From an uncultured Alphaproteobacteria bacterium (GTDB lineage: Bacteria > Pseudomonadota > Alphaproteobacteria > Rs-D84), in assembly GCA_963540515.1 (NCBI GenBank), contig CAUTNA010000001.1, positions 5,420 to 69,419 on the forward strand: a stretch of 64,000 bases of DNA, in the 5' to 3' direction. The notes beneath the pieces were generated by a model. The model did no database searches. It was not told where the DNA came from and saw only the letters and a program-made list of their open reading frames with translations. Positions 60,406 to 64,000 of the stretch are shown piece after piece. The stretch's first letter is position 1; the number at the start of each line of letters is the position of its first letter. A program made the position numbers and the translations under genes.

Positions 60406-62037
60406 ATGATGATACTAAAGAAAATATTTTTATTATTAAGCATTTTTTTATTTTCAAGTTGTGTACAACAAGATGGATGGCATTCAGAATATATAGAGGA
60501 AGCTGAAACAAAAAAACCAACTATTATTAATAATGATTTTAGTAGTCTAGGACTTTATGGAACTTTTGATGAAAACCAAAATATAAATATTTCAAAAACA
60601 GAATTAAGCCCTAAAAATATCTCTGTCTTATTACCTCAAAGTGGAACAAATTCAAATATCGGAAAAAGTTTAACACATTCTATAGAACTCGCTTTATTAT
60701 TACAGCCTAATAAAAATATTTCTGTTAACTTTTATGACTTATCTGGAAATATAGAGAAAAAACAAAAAATTATTAAAGAAGCTATATCTAATGATCCAGA
60801 TATCATACTTGGTCCTATTTTTGCTGAAGATACTAAGATGGTAAGAGATATAAAACCTATCGAATTACCAGTTCTTTCATTTACATCTGATAGTAAAGTA
60901 TTGGGAGATGGTATTATGACAATGACGCTTATACCATCACAAAGTGTTGAATATATTGTAAAAGAAATATCTAGGGATTTAGCAAAATCTGTTATTATTT
61001 TTGCACCAAATAATAATTCAGGTAAACTACTTGCAAGTGTTGCAACTGTTGCTACATCTATTTATGATATTCCATTATCAGGTCTTTTTTATTATGATGA
61101 AAATAATTCTGATTCAATTAAGTTATCTGTTAAAAAAGCAACAATGTATGATGCAAGATTACTTGCAAATAATAAAGCAAGAGAAATTTTATCAGATATT
61201 TTAATTAAAGAAAATTTATCAGAAAATCAAAAAGAATTATTAAATAAACAATTAGAAAAACTTTCAAAATCTGAAACATTGGGAAAAATTCCTTACGATG
61301 CAATATTATTTTTAGGTAATGCGAATGATTCAAAAACAATTGCATCTTTTTTAAGATATTTTAATATTCAAAATAGAGATGCAAAATTTTATGGAACTAT
61401 AAATTGGGATGATTCTGAAGTTTGTACAGATTTTAATATGTCCGGCTCTAAATTTGCAACACTTCCAAAAATATCTGATAATTTTTCTGCAGTATTTGAA
61501 AAATTAACAAATAGAAAACCAAGTAGACTTGATACTTTTGCTTTTGATGCAGTAAATTTAATAAAGAATATGCCAGTAGATAATAAAAAGAAAATTATGT
61601 ATTTACTAGATCCAAGTGGATACAAAGGAATAGATGGGCTGTTCAAACTAAAACCAAACGGAGAAAATGAAAGAACCTTACAAATAGTTGAAACAACAGG
61701 AAATGGGAAGAGAATTGTAAGACAAACAAAAAAAGATTTTATAAAACCAATTTACAGTATTGAATCAAAAAATATAGATCTTATAAAAAATGATATTGAA
61801 CTTGTAAGTGATGGAATTAATCCAATAGATTACATTGATATACCAGAAAATTTAAGAAAAAAATATAAATCAAAAATATTTGGTGCAAATACAAAGATAG
61901 AAAATAAAACAAATCAAGAAAATATAATTGTTATTCAAGAAGATGCTAATGAAGTTGTTAACTCTCCAGAGTTTCAACCAACTGAACTTGAACAAATAGA
62001 TAAAAAACTAATTGATAGTGTAGAAGTTAAAGAATAA
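60406..62037 (+). CDS. LpoA/LppC-like periplasmic-binding-fold lipoprotein
   Basis: Lipobox 'FSSC', a type-I periplasmic-binding-like core, and divergent arrangement with rsmI as for rsmI-lpoA in enterobacteria. Confidence 0.5.
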   Translation: MMILKKIFLLLSIFLFSSCVQQDGWHSEYIEEAETKKPTIINNDFSSLGLYGTFDENQNINISKTELSPKNISVLLPQSGTNSNIGKSLTHSIELALLLQPNKNISVNFYDLSGNIEKKQKIIKEAISNDPDIILGPIFAEDTKMVRDIKPIELPVLSFTSDSKVLGDGIMTMTLIPSQSVEYIVKEISRDLAKSVIIFAPNNNSGKLLASVATVATSIYDIPLSGLFYYDENNSDSIKLSVKKATMYDARLLANNKAREILSDILIKENLSENQKELLNKQLEKLSKSETLGKIPYDAILFLGNANDSKTIASFLRYFNIQNRDAKFYGTINWDDSEVCTDFNMSGSKFATLPKISDNFSAVFEKLTNRKPSRLDTFAFDAVNLIKNMPVDNKKKIMYLLDPSGYKGIDGLFKLKPNGENERTLQIVETTGNGKRIVRQTKKDFIKPIYSIESKNIDLIKNDIELVSDGINPIDYIDIPENLRKKYKSKIFGANTKIENKTNQENIIVIQEDANEVVNSPEFQPTELEQIDKKLIDSVEVKE

Positions 62038-62075
62038 TTGATTTAATTTATATATTTAATATAAAATATTAAGAA

Positions 62076-62149
62076 GCCCGTATAGTATAATGGTAGAACA
62101 AGTCCTTGGTAAGGACTAGGCGCAAGTCCGATTCTTGCTACGGGCACCA
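62076..62149 (+). tRNA. tRNA-Thr (anticodon GGU)
   Basis: Acceptor GCCCGTA/TACGGGC is perfect. Anticodon stem AGTCC/GGACT with loop TTGGTAA. T-stem GCAAG/CTTGC. D-stem GTAT/GAAC has one A-A mismatch. CCA encoded. Confidence 0.8.
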
Positions 62150-62242
62150 TATTAAAAAGGTATATCAGTATTTAAAATTAATTTTATTGACAAATAATAA
62201 AATTTATACTAAAAAGCGAAATTTACATAGATAGGAGTTTAA

Positions 62243-62914
62243 ATGTTTGTTCCAAATTTTGACTTATATGTTAATTATGAAGATAGTATAAAAAACTTTC
62301 AAGGTATTGCTGTTTTTAAGAAAAATAATAAAACTTTGATGTATAATTTGGATATACATTATAAAAATTTATCTTTTGATAGGGTTGATTTCTGTTTTTC
62401 AGGAAAAACGCTTCCAATTCCAGAAATAACTGTTATAGAATTAAGCAAAGAACAACTTTTACTAAAAAAACAATTTTTACAACAAGATAATTCAATCAGT
62501 TATTCTGCATTTTTATCAACAATAAAGAATATACCCTTTGTATGTGCAGATTTAGATAAAAAACAAATGTTAGATATATTAAAAAAAAGACTTCCAAATA
62601 ATAATTTAATAGATGAAGATGTAATTAAAGCTTTAAATTCTGGAGGACCTTTTACAACCAAAAACATATATAATTTTTATGCAAATGAAATTGTAAGATA
62701 TGGAAGAGATCCATTTATGATAAAAAATATAGCGACCGCTTTAAATAAATATAATACTGTATTTGCATCATTTGGACATGGACACTATTGCTGTCAAAGA
62801 CTTATATTAGAAGACATGCTTGGAGAACCAGAATATATAAAAGAAGTTCCAAATACAAGAGGTGATTTTTCTGATACTACCTTAAATCCTATTGATTTAG
62901 GAGTTGAACTATAA
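62243..62914 (+). CDS. Hypothetical protein, weak TraB/GumN-family resemblance
   Basis: 'MYNLDIHYKN' and 'FASFGHGHY' recall the two His-containing motifs of TraB/GumN proteins. Otherwise unknown. Confidence 0.3.
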   Translation: MFVPNFDLYVNYEDSIKNFQGIAVFKKNNKTLMYNLDIHYKNLSFDRVDFCFSGKTLPIPEITVIELSKEQLLLKKQFLQQDNSISYSAFLSTIKNIPFVCADLDKKQMLDILKKRLPNNNLIDEDVIKALNSGGPFTTKNIYNFYANEIVRYGRDPFMIKNIATALNKYNTVFASFGHGHYCCQRLILEDMLGEPEYIKEVPNTRGDFSDTTLNPIDLGVEL

Positions 62915-62982
62915 AAAGCTCAAACCTTGAAGATTTACATCATATATGATATACTTCACGAGTAGTTTGAAACGAGAAAATA

Positions 62983-64000
62983 ATGAAAAAATTAATAATT
63001 TTAACAAGTTTATTTACAATATATGCTTGTACGACAGGAAATGAAAATGAACGTAATATCCAAGAATCATTAACACCTTTTGATAGTAATGGAATTATTA
63101 CAGGCATGATTCAAAATACAGATACAGAACATACACTTGATGATGCACGTTTTACATACGAAAATCAAAACAATTATTTTGCTTTTAATTTAGATGAAAA
63201 TGGAAAAATTAACGAACTTAGAGTCGTTGATAAAACAACAGGAAAAGATATAGAAACATATCAAAGATATTCAGATCAAAATAAATTTATATCACAAGAT
63301 AAACTATTTTATAAATATGATCCTAAAAAAGGAGATATTCCACATTTAAAAGACAAATATACAGGAAGTTCTGTTAATGAAGACAGTCTTGAAAAACTAA
63401 AAAATGCTTTAAAGAATGAGATTACTAAATTGAAAAAAGATAATAAAATAACTCCTTCAGAAGCATTGCATGCAAACAAGCTTATAGAAGAATTAAATGA
63501 TAAAAGTCTTGGTATGAAAACAGAACCTTATAAAGAAGAAGTAAGTATTTCATCATTTGGTAAAGATATTAATCTTAAATATTCTGATTTTGGATTTATA
63601 AAAAAATCAACTATAAGAAGGTTACATAAATTTGAAGAATTTAATGTTTTTTCTGGTGGATATAATTCTAAAAATATAGATAAATCAAAAATTACAAATA
63701 ATCTTATATTTAAAGGTAAAGCTGTTGGTTTATTTCAAAATAAGCATTCTTCTGGAGAAACAGATTCCTTGAACCTAGTTGATGAAAATGCAACATTTAC
63801 ATTTAATACTGATAAACAATCAGAAACATTAAATATGAGTTTTAAAGACTGGTACGATGTAGAAGTAAAAAAAGATAATTCATCAGAAAATAGTAATAGT
63901 ATTAAATTTTCAGATATAGGAAAAACAATAAAAGGTAAATTTAAGTTCACAAATAAAGTAAATGAAGAACAAAAAGATTTCATAAATAAATCCAATGGAA
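62983..64000 (+). CDS. Beta-rich surface lipoprotein (partial; continues past the window end)
   Basis: Signal peptide with lipobox 'IYAC'. No stop in 339 codons. Alternating-residue beta-strand stretches 'KAVGLFQN', 'ATFTFNTD', 'LNMSFKDWYDVEV'. Absent from the ORF track because it is unterminated. Confidence 0.5.
   Translation, partial: MKKLIILTSLFTIYACTTGNENERNIQESLTPFDSNGIITGMIQNTDTEHTLDDARFTYENQNNYFAFNLDENGKINELRVVDKTTGKDIETYQRYSDQNKFISQDKLFYKYDPKKGDIPHLKDKYTGSSVNEDSLEKLKNALKNEITKLKKDNKITPSEALHANKLIEELNDKSLGMKTEPYKEEVSISSFGKDINLKYSDFGFIKKSTIRRLHKFEEFNVFSGGYNSKNIDKSKITNNLIFKGKAVGLFQNKHSSGETDSLNLVDENATFTFNTDKQSETLNMSFKDWYDVEVKKDNSSENSNSIKFSDIGKTIKGKFKFTNKVNEEQKDFINKSNG

Noticed and set aside
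63735-63995. Minus-strand 86-aa ORF at the right edge
   Set aside because: Antisense to the long unterminated lipoprotein ORF (62983 onward), which has a convincing signal peptide and lipobox.
1-64000. CRISPR arrays, rRNA operons, IS elements or transposases
   Set aside because: No regularly spaced short repeats, no 16S/23S-like conserved stretches and no DDE or HUH transposase motifs in any of the six-frame translations. The spacers are too short to hide them.

Overview
This is a very AT-rich (about 26-28 % GC by eye), gene-dense window with almost no spacers. Its gene content and the many 1-4 bp gene overlaps look like a compact, probably host-associated proteobacterial genome. Several linkages recall alphaproteobacteria: AddB-type nuclease, RHH_4 regulator, DUF59-SufE-SufS, ybeY next to lnt. 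I cannot assign the lineage from sequence alone. Most of the window is core housekeeping: tatA/tatB/tatC, recJ, ftsL/ftsI, suf genes, trxA/trxB, dksA-like, thrS, gltX, serS, trmB, rarA, ftsK, secDF-yajC, mutL, greA, lptF/G, xerD, typA, recA, secB, mltA, ruvC-yebC-ruvA, mnmE, xth, engB, rsmI, lpoA-like. Two tRNA genes can be read directly: tRNA-Lys(CUU) on the minus strand and tRNA-Thr(GGU) on the plus strand. I saw no rRNA, CRISPR array or recognisable IS/transposase. The parts that look accessory or unusual are: (i) an SF2-helicase/PD-(D/E)xK nuclease gene (type III restriction Res-like) at the left edge, coupled by TAATG to an upstream gene cut by the window and lying next to tRNA-Lys; (ii) a tightly coupled four-gene cassette of unknown proteins (18691-20647) ending in an RHH_4 ribbon-helix-helix regulator, plus a divergent unknown gene; (iii) an in-frame YbeY-Lnt fusion ORF; (iv) a five-gene glycosyltransferase cluster wedged between typA and recA containing a 1998-bp-period tandem duplication with a 731-bp perfectly identical repeat and a decayed relic of the recA 3-prime end; (v) a tRNA-Thr-adjacent pair of unknown genes (TraB/GumN-like and a beta-rich lipoprotein running off the window). 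Functional calls rest on motifs I can read in the supplied translations and on remembered family signatures. No database search was run.
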